This document shows positions 1-11,658 of a stretch of DNA of 64,000 nucleotides, piece after piece. How positions within the stretch are numbered: position 1 is the first letter of the stretch; each line of letters opens with the position of its first letter. The stretch lies in contig NC_068984.1 in NCBI RefSeq assembly GCF_001194135.2, forward strand, positions 30,497,220 through 30,561,219. Direction: 5' to 3'. A program made the translations under genes and the position numbers. This DNA comes from Octopus bimaculoides (lineage: Eukaryota). Under the pieces are notes generated by a model. The model was not told the DNA's origin, did not search any database, and worked only from the letters and a program-made list of their open reading frames with translations.

Positions 1-70
1 TAATAAATTAATAATGATGATGATGACGATGTTGACGATGACGACGACGACGATGATAATAATAATAATG

Positions 71-236
71 ATTTCAAATTTTGGCACAAGTCTAGCAATT
101 TGGCGGGATTTATTGACCGAAAAGGATAATAGACAAACTTAACCTTGGTGAAATTTGAACTCAGGACATAAATAAGGAGAATATACTGCTAAGCATTTTG
201 CCTAGTTTGTTAATGATTCTACCAGATCATTGCTTT
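71..236 (-). mobile_element. SINE family A, decayed copy
   Basis: Reverse complement matches the family A copies at 6559 and 23908 (gctaagcattttg, gaatttgaactcag, ccttgtgccaaaatttgaaat tail). Confidence 0.75.
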
Positions 237-300
237 AAGATAATAATAATAATAATTATTATTATTATTATTATTATAATGATAATAATAATAATATAGT

Positions 301-526
301 GGAGGCACGTGGCTTAGTGGTTAGGGTGTCAGCATCATGATCGTGAGGTTGTGGTTTCGATTCCTGGACCAAACGACACTCCATTTCACATTGCTCTAGT
401 TCACTCAGCTGGCAAAAATGAGTAACGCTGCGATGGACTGGCGTCCTGTCCAGCTGGGGAACACATGCGCAATTGAAACTGGGAAACCAGGCCCATGAGC
501 CTGGCTAGGCTTTAAAAGGGTGCATT
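301..526 (+). mobile_element. tRNA-derived SINE family D
   Basis: tRNA-like head with A box (tggcttagtggttag) and B box (ggtttcgattcc), followed by cactcagctggcaaaaatgagta, which is shared with 38515-38769 and 47636-47775. Confidence 0.75.
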
Positions 527-586
527 TATTTTTTATTTAATAATAATTATAATAATAATAATAATAACAACAACAATAATCAACAC

Positions 587-830
587 CATCATCATCATCG
601 TTTAACATCTGGTCTCAATGTTGGCATGGGTTGGACAGTTTGACTTGGAGCTGGCTAACAGTGGTTAGCATTGAGAAAGGCTTCCAGCTGTAAAAACTAT
701 GTCACAACAGCTGTCTGGAATCCAATTGTCTGTTGTGACATAGTTTCTTCAGCTGGAAACCTTTCTTAATGCTAACCACTTAACAGAGTATGCTGGGTGT
801 TTTTTACATGTCATCATCATGGTCGTGTTT
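587..830 (-). mobile_element. RTE LINE 3' UTR fragment carrying an internal inverted duplication
   Basis: (CAT)n-cgtttaac...gcatgggttggac start, as in the RTE copy at 22123; 51-bp inverted arms at 660-710 and 730-780. Confidence 0.7.
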
Positions 831-894
831 ATGCAGCACTCAAAAATATTGAGTTTGCATATTTTTGAGCATGTTTGTTTGGTAGTTTAATGTA

Positions 895-1900
895 AATAAG
901 CAAGCTCTGATTTTTGCAGCAAGAAAAGTATGAGTCTCTCCATTTTTGCTTTAACTCTGAGCTTTGTAACCACTGATGGGTTTGTGGTTAGTTAATATCA
1001 GCACCCTGGGGCAAGGTGTGAATTGACTGTGCAGAGGTTTTCATTGCTATCTTTCTCTTAGAGTGATGAGGCTCTCAGACATTGCTTTCATCTGTGAATT
1101 CTAGCTGCCATGTTGGTAGTAATTCAGCATTGTCTTTCAATTATTTTGTTATTGATTTGTAATTTTCTATATTCTTCTGCTTCTTTCACTTAGGAGTGGA
1201 GACTCTTCTTGTTTGCATTGTCTTTTAATAATATCATCATTACATTTCTGATTTTGTTTGCAAGCCAATTCTGATATGTACGCAAGCCAATTCTGGATGT
1301 TTTACAGGATAATTCAAGTTGGATGAATTCTTTTCTGCCTTCTTTCCTAGGCAGATAGAGATGGCCAATGTCTGCCCTATGATAGTGCATTTTGTGGTTG
1401 ATGAAATTATTTCATGTCATCCAATCAATTCTCTGAAAGTCAGGTAAGTTATAGTCGATACTATTGAAACAAACACAATTAAGGTGTTGATAGCTTTGCT
1501 ACTATTTTTATAACTGAGTTCAGTTTTATGACCAGCCTTATTATTCTGTACGGCTCTTTTTGGATCTTTTCCTTCATTTAAATATGGTTGGTTCCATCAC
1601 TTTCTTATAAAGCTAAATATTTATGTGCCCTCAAAATCCATTTTTTGTAGTGTATTGTCTTGGTCAAGTTTGGTGAATGATATTGAGTAAGGCTTCTCAC
1701 TTGGAAGTTGCTTTTGCACACTTATCAAGTCCAAATTACATTCTTATATCATTGTTAAACTTCTTCACTCTTGTTAAAAGTCTTATGAACAACTGATCAT
1801 TCTTAGTATATAGCTTCAGGTTATCCATAAGGAATAGATAAACCATATAGAGTTTATTCTAAAATATAATACTCTTTAGCTAAATGATCAATCAATAAAC
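895..1900 (-). mobile_element. R4/Dong-clade LINE remnant (RT and C-terminal region, multiple frameshifts)
   Basis: ORF 1190-1390 HYHRADIGHLYLPRKEGRKEFIQLE resembles the R4-clade HPKADVDRLYLPRKEGGRGL motif; LFLMDNLK (YMDDLK-like) near 1820-1840; KAINTL near 1490. Confidence 0.7.
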
Positions 1901-2799
1901 AAAACTAAAATTGAAGCCTCAAAAGGTCTTGAAAACCTTAACTATCAAAACACATCATCTTCCTAGATTTGTTTGTTTCTTCTTTTTTTTTCATGTTTAT
2001 ACTGTAGACAGCAGTCAAAGAGTCAAAAATATACATATGACCTGAAACAATAATCAAATTTAAAAGTTTTCATGGCAGACATCTCAGTGGAGTTTGAGAT
2101 CAACATATATAATAAACAAATATAAGCCACAAGCAAATTAAGTGAAGAAAGTTACCATGGGCTGAAGATTTATAATTATCTAGGCAACCAAAGAGCTAAC
2201 AGAATGAAATAAGTTCTCATTAAGTAAAATACGAATTGAAAGAAGCTGGTACTAAAAAGTGAACTTAAAATAAACACAAAATTTTAATAGCTCAGCTACA
2301 TCTCATATAAAAATATGGCTCCAATTCTATCAGTGAGAATTAAATCATCATTTTAAAAAAATGGCGAATGAAACAGAAGACGTAAACCAAATATCTCCAG
2401 TTGTTTCAAATAAAATAAGACTTGAAAGATAGGGATCACATATAAATCAAATTCTGCAGAAAAAACAGCAACAATTTAAATATATTGCTACTTCCGACAG
2501 AAGGAAACTGAGTGTATATAAACATGAAGAATGCCAAATGATTAATCCCACTATAAACCTTTAATGCAATTCTAAGGAGAAATGGGATCTCAATACAATA
2601 TTGATCAAGCATCCAAAACAGTAGTAGATAAATAAAAATAGCAGCAGGAATAAAACTAACATACAGAAAGCAATAGTGAGTGACAATATCAGATAGTAAT
2701 ACATAAATCTACCTGTGACAGTCAAAGCAGATCAAGCTTTAAAACTGAAATTGATAGACATTATCTAGCATAGAATTGGCATATTTTTCATCCTTCTTG

Positions 2800-3050
2800 A
2801 CTTTAAAGCTATTCTAAAGACGAAAAGAAAAAAAAAAACAAGGCAGCATGTCTAGTAAATGGGTTACACTAAGACACCTCAAAGCAGTAGGAAACTGCTA
2901 TTTAGAAAATTGTCATCTACACTGAAATCACCCAGAAAGAGTATGAATAGAACCTAGGGATTGTCACAGAAAAAATGATAATGCAGTAATTCTGTGGGTC
3001 ATGGTTCAAATACACAGGTAGAAAATATTGACAAAGAAGCCAGGACTACT
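2800..3050 (+). mobile_element. R4/Dong LINE restriction-like endonuclease fragment (very decayed)
   Basis: Reads ENDNAVILW-like (EKNDNAVILWVMVQ) around 2965-3020. Confidence 0.35.
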
Positions 3051-4580
3051 TTTCCTTTTTAACAAATATCTGGCACTGGTTGAATGTACCTGAGCTGGGG
3101 CACTTGTCTGGAATGGCATGTTATATGCTGGAGCAGAGAAAGGAAACAATGTCATGTATCTTCAAAATAAAAGGCGAAAATAATAAATATAATAAAAACT
3201 TAAATTTTACATTTAATAAATTGTCATAAACACTTTATTCCTACTTTTGCAGGTTTTTATCTTAGTCTAAATTAAAAAAAATATATACTAGTAAGGATAT
3301 CCTGATTCAGCTTGTACAGCTTGAAACTGTGCTGAAATCTAATTTGTCTGGCTTGCAAACAACTTCAGAACCTCTCCCGTCTTTGATTCTCTGAATGTGA
3401 ACATGTTGCTTAATCCAGTTTATTTATATTGCTACATTTGAGATTTTGAGATTCATCACATAAAAAGAAAAAAACCAGGAAATTACTAGTAAAAAAATAT
3501 ACATTTGTGTATCAAACACTGGCTTCCATATTTAATATATATTTGATGTCAAGGTTTCTTTTTAGACTCGGAATAGAATACAACAACTAAAGCTCATGTT
3601 ATAAACCAATGGCTTATTAATTTTCTAATGCTGAATCATGTTATTTAGAAGGTCAAAAACAAACTGTCAAAAAAGATCGTGCCAATTTTTCTCCTGCATT
3701 CTAATTAATTAACACCCACTTGTAATTGATTCACATGCTTAACAATTTGCCTCTTGAATACCAGTAATGATAAAAAAAAAAAAAGAAATAGATATATACA
3801 TAATTCGCTTTAGTAAAAGCAATGTCTATGGATAGTTAGTTATTCATATAACTTACATTTATTTAACTGATTGCTTTAATACTGCACCACAAACTCACTA
3901 ATGCTCTAGCAAATATTTTTCCCTTTGGGAGAACTCACAAGTGGGAAATACTTTAGATAATGGAAAATGGTTGTGTAAATGCTAAAATCTCATTCATCAT
4001 TTATTAAAACTTGTTTCAATTATTAAAACTCGTTTCTTATTTTACTCACCAAAAACTCTATGATTATTTAGTTCTTTAAAGACTTGTGTGTTTTTCCCCA
4101 GCAATGCAATGGTTTGTAGTATTAAAAGTAAATTAAGTTAAATTGCTAAATTATTTCATAGGTAATAAACAATATTATAATAACAGCAGACACAGTGGCT
4201 TTATTATAACAATACACTCATGTTAGATGTTCCTTTAATTACTGCTTAGTGGTATTCTAACTGTAGTATAATCTTTATGAAGTAATGTTTGTGTAATTAG
4301 CAATAATTTGAAAATTAGCTTTGACCAGATAATGTTATTTTGCAAAAGATAAGAAATATAATAATCTTTATATTTATTTTCATTAACTCTATACATGTTA
4401 TTTGATTCAATTATTCTAGTTGTTTCCTTATCTTATATAATCCCAGCATACAGAGCAATAAGATTGGAAAATTTCCCAAGAGTGCCATCTGCTTGAAAAA
4501 CAAAAAGTTAAGTGTCAGTGACTATATTAATGTGGCATCGTGAAAATAATTTTCAGTCAATTGAAATTATAACCTCAATA

Positions 4581-4750
4581 GAGTGCAGACATGGCTGTGT
4601 GGTTAAGAAGTTTAGTTTGTAACTGCATGATATCAGTTTCAGTCCCATTGAATGTTAACTTGGGTGAGCGTCTTCTATAGGCTACCCAAAGCCTTGTGAG
4701 TGGATTTGGTAAATGGAAACTGAAAGAAGCCTATTGTGTGTATATATATA
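4581..4750 (+). mobile_element. SINE family C (CORE-like), 5' half
   Basis: atggctgtgtggttaagaag...ccttgtgagtggatttggtaaatggaaactgaaagaagcc matches the full copy at 61411. Confidence 0.75.
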
Positions 4751-4774
4751 TATTTATATTTAACCAACTGACAT

Positions 4775-4900
4775 TTAACCACTTGACTAATAAAGGAGTG
4801 GAATTGAACTGGTGCATGTGTTTTTAATATTGGTGTAATATATTTCTATAGACACAACAAAATTTGTTTCAACACACAAATTCACATAAAGAATCTTATA
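4775..4900 (-). repeat. Dispersed repeat P (related to 5597-6095 and 55176-55350)
   Basis: Shares gacacaacaaaatttgtttcaacacac and ggaattgaac...gtgcat with 5990-6090. Confidence 0.7.
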
Positions 4901-5596
4901 AACCACAGACACACACTTATGTATGTATATAAAGTGTCACCGGAGAAGTGGCAAAAGATTTCCAGACAATGAACATGACTTAGAATAAGCAAGTGAAGAA
5001 TGAATATATAGTGTGTGTGTGTTTATTTGGCAAAAAAGAAAACAATGACCATCCTGTGTTTCTGTCATACAGGCATAGTGCTGTTTATTTGTAAATATTG
5101 CATTCGAAAGAGTAGGGGTTTTATTACCTTACTTGGAAATGATAGGAAGAACATCCAATCATAAAATGCTGCTGCTTCTGCAGATGAAGTGAACAACATC
5201 CAATGATATGAGGAATGAAGTAATTAGCATTAAAGACTTTCAATGTAGAGTTCTATTTTAGAAATGTCATGTCCTTTAGAATTGCATGTTAGTATCTATG
5301 TTTCAAATATCAAATATCAAACGTGTAATTTGGGGTTCACACAAACAGCTCTCAATGAGTGTCACCTATTTGCATGCATGCTAGAAGAAATCAATATTAT
5401 TAGGACCTAATGAGCTTCTTTAATATTGTCACTATCCTCACTATAACCTTTCTTCCTATGAATGTTACTATAATACTTTTCATCATTACATCTTTTATAA
5501 ACTAATCCATGCTTGGTTGTCTTTCTATGTTTATATAAACAGAACTTTGAATTTGCCAATTCAAATTCTCAGTACTTATGTCCATATATTTATCTT

Positions 5597-6095
5597 ATGG
5601 TTTGTTGTGTCTTGGGAGAATCATTACACCAATATTGATAACACATGCACTGGTTCAATTTCACTCATTTATTATTTGTCACTTGGTTAATCATCTATCT
5701 CACTATCCAATTGATTGTTTGTTTAACTTGTTGGTTAAACAGTGTATGGGTTTTTAAAACAATTTTTGTTGATCAAAGTTCTTTAGTTGCCATTCACTAC
5801 CCTTTCTGTAACTATCTCTCCCATTTTGCTATGGAGGCTATGTCTGCCTGTCTGATACCTTGTTGCTTGTACTAAAAAGACAAGAAAAAAAAAACAACAC
5901 AAAAGAAAAAATGATTTATTCTTTAACCAACAAGTTGAACAAACAACTGATTAGTAAGTTGGACATACATTTAACAAATTAGCTAATAAAAAAGGAATGG
6001 AATTGAACCAGTGCATATGTTATTAATATTGGCGTAATGACTCTCCAGAGACACAACAAAATTTGTTTCAACACACGAATTTACATAAAGATTCT
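5597..6095. repeat. Inverted pair of repeat P (arms about 5597-5750 and 5922-6060)
   Basis: ttgttgtgtc...catgcactggttcaatttc...aacttgttggttaaa is the approximate reverse complement of tttaaccaacaagtt...gaattgaaccagtgcat...gacacaacaa. Confidence 0.7.
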
Positions 6096-6558
6096 TGCAA
6101 ACCAAATACAAATACACAATATCACACATAATATAATCCAAAATTTTCCATTGAGCTTACATCCATCAAATCCAATATCGATTACCAAGTCAGAGTATAT
6201 GAAACAATGAGAGAGGCTGTATGTGGCTGCTTGATCTACTAGAAATAACAAACATCCAACAAAAAACATTTCATCTTTATAGTAAAGGAAGAATGTATTG
6301 GATAATGCAATTGAGATAAATAACAATTTCAGTGTATTAGAACATATGACCACGTGATCAGAGCTAAAGTAAAGCTGAACAACATTAGTAACTCAAAGGA
6401 GAGTTTCTAGATAAAAGATGTCATTTGTCCTTGAATAAATTCAGACAAAACTAACTGAGTTTTTAAATAAGTAATTCCTCATGCTAACTTCCTCTTCAGC
6501 CACATCTTCAGTATACTACTGAATACAGGAAAATAATTGTAATATTTTGGAGTAGACC

Positions 6559-6748
6559 GAGGTGGTGAGCTGGCAGAATCATTAGCATGCCAAGCAAAAT
6601 GCTTCTGAGTTCAAATTCCACCAAGGTCGACTTTGCCTTTCATCCTTTCAGGGTTGATAAAATAAGTACCAGTTGAGCACTGGGATCATTGCTATTGATT
6701 CACCCCTTTCTCAAACATTGCTAGCCTTGCACTAAAATTTGAAATCAG
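6559..6748 (+). mobile_element. SINE family A
   Basis: ggtggtgagctggcagaatcattagc head, gagttcaaattcc B box, ctttcatcctttcagggttgataaaataagtacc body. Confidence 0.8.
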
Positions 6749-7070
6749 TATATTGCGTAGACTTGCTGAAATGTTCTTTAAAAAATATGGAGAAATTTAC
6801 TATGAGAAAACCTTTCAGAAATATAATATCGATGACTCTAATTTACCTTTCTGAGTAATATTATCAGAAGCTGTTTCATTAATTGAAGATTTTTTAAAAC
6901 AAAATCTTTAATCTAATTAAAACTAAGCAGAAGAAAAGAATAGCAGTTTTTTTTTTCCTCGTTATGTTTTGACTGTAATTACTAATAAATCAATAATGCT
7001 ATCACTGTTGGACCATCATTATAATTTTCAGTAATTGGACAGCTATTATTATTAACTAGTAATTCTATTT

Positions 7071-7255
7071 TTATTGTAAGGGAAGATTGTTAGTTTTGCA
7101 CTCTGCCGAATGATTCTCTTTTACTTTTCTTAGCTGTTCTATTATTAAGGAAATAGGTGGGGTTGTGCAGGAGGAGGCTCCGTGCAGTGCTTTGTTCAGT
7201 TCATACTGCAATTCCACTGAATGGATATCAGCACATAATTCTTGAAGTGAGAGGC
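7071..7255 (-). CDS. Candidate terminal coding exon of an unidentified gene
   Basis: tacag|GC acceptor followed by about 61 open codons (GLSLQELCADIHSVELQYELNKALHG...PPISLIIEQLRKVKENH...*); non-repetitive and locally GC-richer; AATAAA overlaps the stop. No homology recognised. Confidence 0.3.
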
Positions 7256-7686
7256 CTGTATTATACATATATAGATATAACTGTTTTTTAGACCATCAAC
7301 CTAAGTTGACTCAGTACATGTCTGGCATGTAGAAATGTAAATATCCAACCATAAACTTTGCATTAAGAGATCTCTGAGTAAAATAAAAGTCTACTGGATT
7401 GCACTAATATTCAAAGGGCGTTAAATACTTATTTACTGGTTTCAATTATAGAACTGTGACCCTGCTGGGTCAACAACTTCAGATTTTTTGTTGATTATAT
7501 CAAATTTACTATTTATTTCAGGCTGATACTTATTTTTCTCAATTTTTATTGAATGACAAAGAAGTTATTTATGGCATAATGCCTCACTGATATACACACT
7601 CATATACACACACAATTACAGATACACGCTTATGGGTACAAATCTGCATATGTAAGTGTCTACATATATTCATACATGTGTGTGTA

Positions 7687-8398
7687 CAGGGTACATCAGT
7701 TTTTTTGATGAGGTTTGTATGAATTGACAAAAAAAATTGCATAGCTCATCAAGAAAAATTGTATTTGAAGACAAGTTGTTACAATTAATCTCGGGAAACC
7801 TTTTATCACACCTATTCAATGAATCCACCATTAGCATCTATGAATGAATTAATATGGAATCAGAAGCATTGAAAAGTTCATATCAGATGATCTTTATCAA
7901 TTTTGGACATAGTGTTGGTTATGGTGGGCTTCAGTGATTGTATGGAGGTGTTGATTGGCCTCTCTCTCTCTCTCTAACTACTCTTTATACATAATAGTCG
8001 AGTGGATTGATATCTGGTGGGCTTGGAAGCCATGTGTCAAAAAATATGATCATGAAGATCGACACACATCCACACTTGGATTGTCCTAGCCTTATGACAC
8101 AGCAGAGAGACTTCTTGGAAGATGTACAGTCTTCTGTTGTATGCTCTGTCTATCCAGGACCTCACAGCTTTCTCCAGCACCTCTGCGTAGACAGCAACAT
8201 TGACTCTTAAGATTTCTTAAGTTGAAAGAGTGGGGAAGCAGGACATCTTCCTCATTGCTGATGACTCCCAGAACCATCACAATTGCTGAGAACTTGTAGT
8301 ATATACATGACCTTTGGAACCTCATTCTGTCACAATTTCAGTATGCACGACTGTTGGAACTTCATTCAAGTCTCTGCATAGCAGTCTATTGTCCCTTT
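7687..8398 (-). mobile_element. Tc1/mariner (maT/DD37D-like) transposon remnant
   Basis: Frameshifted peptides KFSAIVMVLGVISNEEDVLLPHSF, YIFQEVSLLCHKA (QQDSAP-like) and WLPSPPDINPLDY; TA + cagggtac terminus at 7685-7694; the other end is lost at the adjacent SINE. Confidence 0.75.
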
Positions 8399-8409
8399 AG
8401 CTTATGTTT

Positions 8410-8605
8410 AGAAACGATAGCACGCCAGGCAAAATGCTTAGTGGTATTTTGTCTCCCGTTACGTTCTGAGTTCAAATTCCGCCGAGGTTGACTTTACCTT
8501 TCATCCTTTTGGGGTCGATAAATTGCGTACCTGTTATGCACTGGGGTCGATCTAATCGACTTAATCCGTTTGTCTGTCTTTGTTTGTCCCCTTAAAATTT
8601 AGCCC
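8410..8605 (+). mobile_element. SINE family A, 5' part (interrupted by the Gypsy element; resumes at 12038-12067)
   Basis: Matches 29341-29592; the tail tttagccc|cttgtaggcaagaaagaaataaga is split by the LTR element. Confidence 0.85.
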
Positions 8606-8994
8606 TGTAGTGGCGCGTGTGGCCGCCATTGGCCGCTATCTTGGGAAGTGCCATTGCGTATGTGCAAGGGACTTGCCGTCAGCGGAAGTACCCGGGCACG
8701 CATGCACAAGGCAACAGGTGGAGAGAGAGCAATAGCGTTCGATCTCTTCTCTCTCTAGCAGGGGTGGTGACAACACGTATCTCTCAGCGCGATACCGACA
8801 TGTGATCGAAGCTTCCTTGGTATTCTAGCGGCATGCCTGTTCACCCTGGAACGAAACGGCTCTACACCAACCTAGAATAAATTATTGATCTGTTTTTACC
8901 GTTATCCCTCGTGTTGTTGTATTTCTAGATTTAATGATTAATATAAGAACTGGGGAGAGATGGCCGAGCCGTCATATCTCATCCAATTCTTATA
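8606..8994 (+). repeat. 5' LTR (389 bp)
   Basis: tgtagtggcgcg...ccaattcttata; about 14 substitutions plus one 10-bp indel versus the 3' LTR (manual count); AATAAA near 8876. Confidence 0.92.
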
Positions 8995-8996
8995 AC

Positions 8997-9016
8997 TGGT
9001 GACCCCTGACGTGATT
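8997..9016 (+). promoter_or_regulatory. Primer-binding site, probably tRNA-Trp
   Basis: tggtgacccc(t)gacgtgatt is complementary to the eukaryotic tRNA-Trp 3' end (ATCACGTCGGGGTCACCA) with one extra T. Confidence 0.75.
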
Positions 9017-10472
9017 CAGAAAAAAAACAACAACACAAGAGACGAGGAAATGGAACAAATCAACCAACTGCAACAGTTTTCTTACCCCGGAGAAAAATAC
9101 CATACAGCCTGGAAACTGAACCATCAACTACTATGACACGAGCGTATTTCTCTCACCCACGTGTTTTCTTTCAACACCAACTGAGGCCGAGAAAAGAACA
9201 AACGGGTGAACAGTGATTTTTCTTTTCGCCTGACTCTACATGGCTTGAAAAACATAACTCGTCAAAAATGAAGAGACGACGGAAATTTTTTTTTTGTCGC
9301 GATGACAACGCCTGCCTTTCAAAGAAAAAAAATCTCCATTTTCTGTCACTCGCGTAAAGAGACGAAGAAAGAATGAAACAACAAGCATTTGCTACGAAGC
9401 AGCATGGTGTCAATTCAGTTGGACTACATAACCTCAACAGAGTGTAACTTGTGTTACTAACAGGACAACTGTATATGACGAACACACGCATTTAATTTCT
9501 CTGTTCTGTCCTGTTTATATCTCTCTTGCAGAAAAAAAAATATATATACATATATACGAGAAGGTCGGTAAAATATTTTTTTTCACTGCACGCAGTACAA
9601 GCAACACACACGCCCACACACAAACAAAATAAAAAAAAAATAAAAGNNNNNNNNNNNNNNNNNNNNNNNNNNNNNNNNNNNNNNNNNNNNNNNNNNNNNN
9701 NNNNNNNNNNNNNNNNNNNNNNNNNNNNNNNNNNNNNNNNNNNNNNNNNNNNNNNNNNNNNNNNNNNNNNNNNNNNNNNNNNNNNNNNNNNNNNNNNNNN
9801 NNNNNNNNNNNNNNNNNNNNNNNNNNNNNNNNNNNNNNNNNNNNNNNNNNNNNNNNNNNNNNNNNNNNNNNNNNNNNNNNNNNNNNNNNNNNNNNNNNNN
9901 NNNNNNNNNNNNNNNNNNNNNNNNNNNNNNNNNNNNNNNNNNNNNNNNNNNNNNNNNNNNNNNNNNNNNNNNNNNNNNNNNNNNNNNNNNNNNNNNNNNN
10001 NNNNNNNNNNNNNNNNNNNNNNNNNNNNNNNNNNNNNNNNNNNNNNNNNNNNNNNNNNNNNNNNNNNNNNNNNNNNNNNNNNNNNNNNNNNNNNNNNNNN
10101 NNNNNNNNNNNNNNNNNNNNNNNNNNNNNNNNNNNNNNNNNNNNNNNNNNNNNNNNNNNNNNNNNNNNNNNNNNNNNNNNNNNNNNNNNNNNNNNNNNNN
10201 NNNNNNNNNNNNNNNNNNNNNNNNNNNNNNNNNNNNNNNNNNNNNNNNNNNNNNNNNNNNNNNNNNNNNNNNNNNNNNNNNNNNNNNNNNNNNNNNNNNN
10301 NNNNNNNNNNNNNNNNNNNNNNNNNNNNNNNNNNNNNNNNNNNNNNNNNNNNNNNNNNNNNNNNNNNNNNNNNNNNNNNNNNNNNNNNNNNNNNNNNNNN
10401 NNNNNNNNNNNNNNNNNNNNNNNNNNNNNNNNNNNNNNNNNNNNNNNNNNNNNNNNNNNNNNNNNNNNNNNC

Positions 10473-11303
10473 TACCATCCCGCTTCTAATGGGATGGTTG
10501 AGCGATTTCATAGGCAACTTAAGGCTGCCTTACGCGCCTCGCCCAACCCACAGTCTTGGGTTGAGTTTCTTCCGGTCGTCCTCCTTGGATGCCGGACTGC
10601 GGTCAAAGCTGACCTGGGTTTCTCCTCGGTGGAGCTTCTTTACTGTACCGCACTGGCGTTGCCTGGTACGATGGTGGTACCAGACTCGTCACAACCACCA
10701 CATCCAGAGTCCTATGTTACTCGGTTGCAGGAGTATTTCTCAAATCTTCCAGCTATGGGTCCCAGACAACAGCCACATCCCTCTCAAGTACCAGCAGACA
10801 TTGAGTCTTGGTCTCACGTGTTTAGTAGGGATGATTCTGTCAAAAGACCCCTTGTTTCTCCCTATAAATGACCCTTTCATGTGCTTTCTCGCACTCCACA
10901 GTTCTTCAAGGTCGACGCTAATGGTCGTACGGAGATTGTGTCTGTCGACCGTCTGAGAAAAGCGTACCTTGACACACCCTCAACTTCCGTGGACGACGTG
11001 CCCACTTTTCAAACACCGCACACACCACTTTCAACATCATTACCACCACACACACCACTGTCAACATCTTTACCAATGCATTCACCAACATCAATACCAT
11101 CACAAACGCACACACCAGAAACCACTCCACCTTCGTCGTTGCGACAAAACTCAAATGACCCTTATATCACTAGGTCTGGCCGGACAGTGCATTGGCCAAA
11201 TAAACTTTCCAAAATAATATACATTAGACATTTTTTGTGCCGCCGGCATTTCATTTCTCTGTACAAACAAGCATTGTTTTTCTTCCATTTCTCTGCACAG
11301 TAA
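10473..11303 (+). pseudogene. Gypsy pol integrase C-terminus with one in-frame stop
   Basis: YHPASNGMVERFHRQLKAAL...WVEFLPVVLLGCRT...PYK*PFHV...VSVDRLRKA...TRSGR; ORFs 10494 and 10881 share a frame, and TGA 10869-10871 replaces the G of the GPF/Y motif. Confidence 0.9.
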
Positions 11304-11645
11304 CGTGCTAAAAGAAAATATGTACACATTACATATTGTTTCAACCTTTGCATACACATTTGCTCACGCCAACACCTTCTCCATCACCTTCGTTGCAACT
11401 TTCTTTCACACAGACCCTTTATCTCTAGGTCTGGCTGAACTTTTCATGTTGAACAGAACTTTTTTCTTACTCACATCCTGTCGGATGCAAAAGTTTTGCT
11501 TCCAGTACTGCATCCGACACAGCATTGCTTTGCAAATTTATTGAGCTTGTTTTTTCATTGTATAATTTTAGCCGTGTTTCTGGGTTCGGCGGCCATCTTG
11601 TTTCCGCGCCCTCTACAATCTTTCCGTGTTTCGTGCTATGCACTC

Positions 11646-11655
11646 GGGGGGAAGA
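11646..11655 (+). promoter_or_regulatory. Polypurine tract
   Basis: ggggggaaga located 3 nt upstream of the 3' LTR. Confidence 0.8.
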
Positions 11656-11658
11656 TAT

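Noticed and set aside
301-375. tRNA-like sequences at SINE heads (also 12805, 17050-17117, 61411)
   Set aside because: A and B boxes are present but there is no complete cloverleaf, and they run directly into SINE bodies
9492-10956. Long X-rich ORFs here and at 28254-28903, 33639-34635, 44081-44868 and 54036-54429
   Set aside because: Artefacts of N gaps and microsatellites read through in frame; not genes
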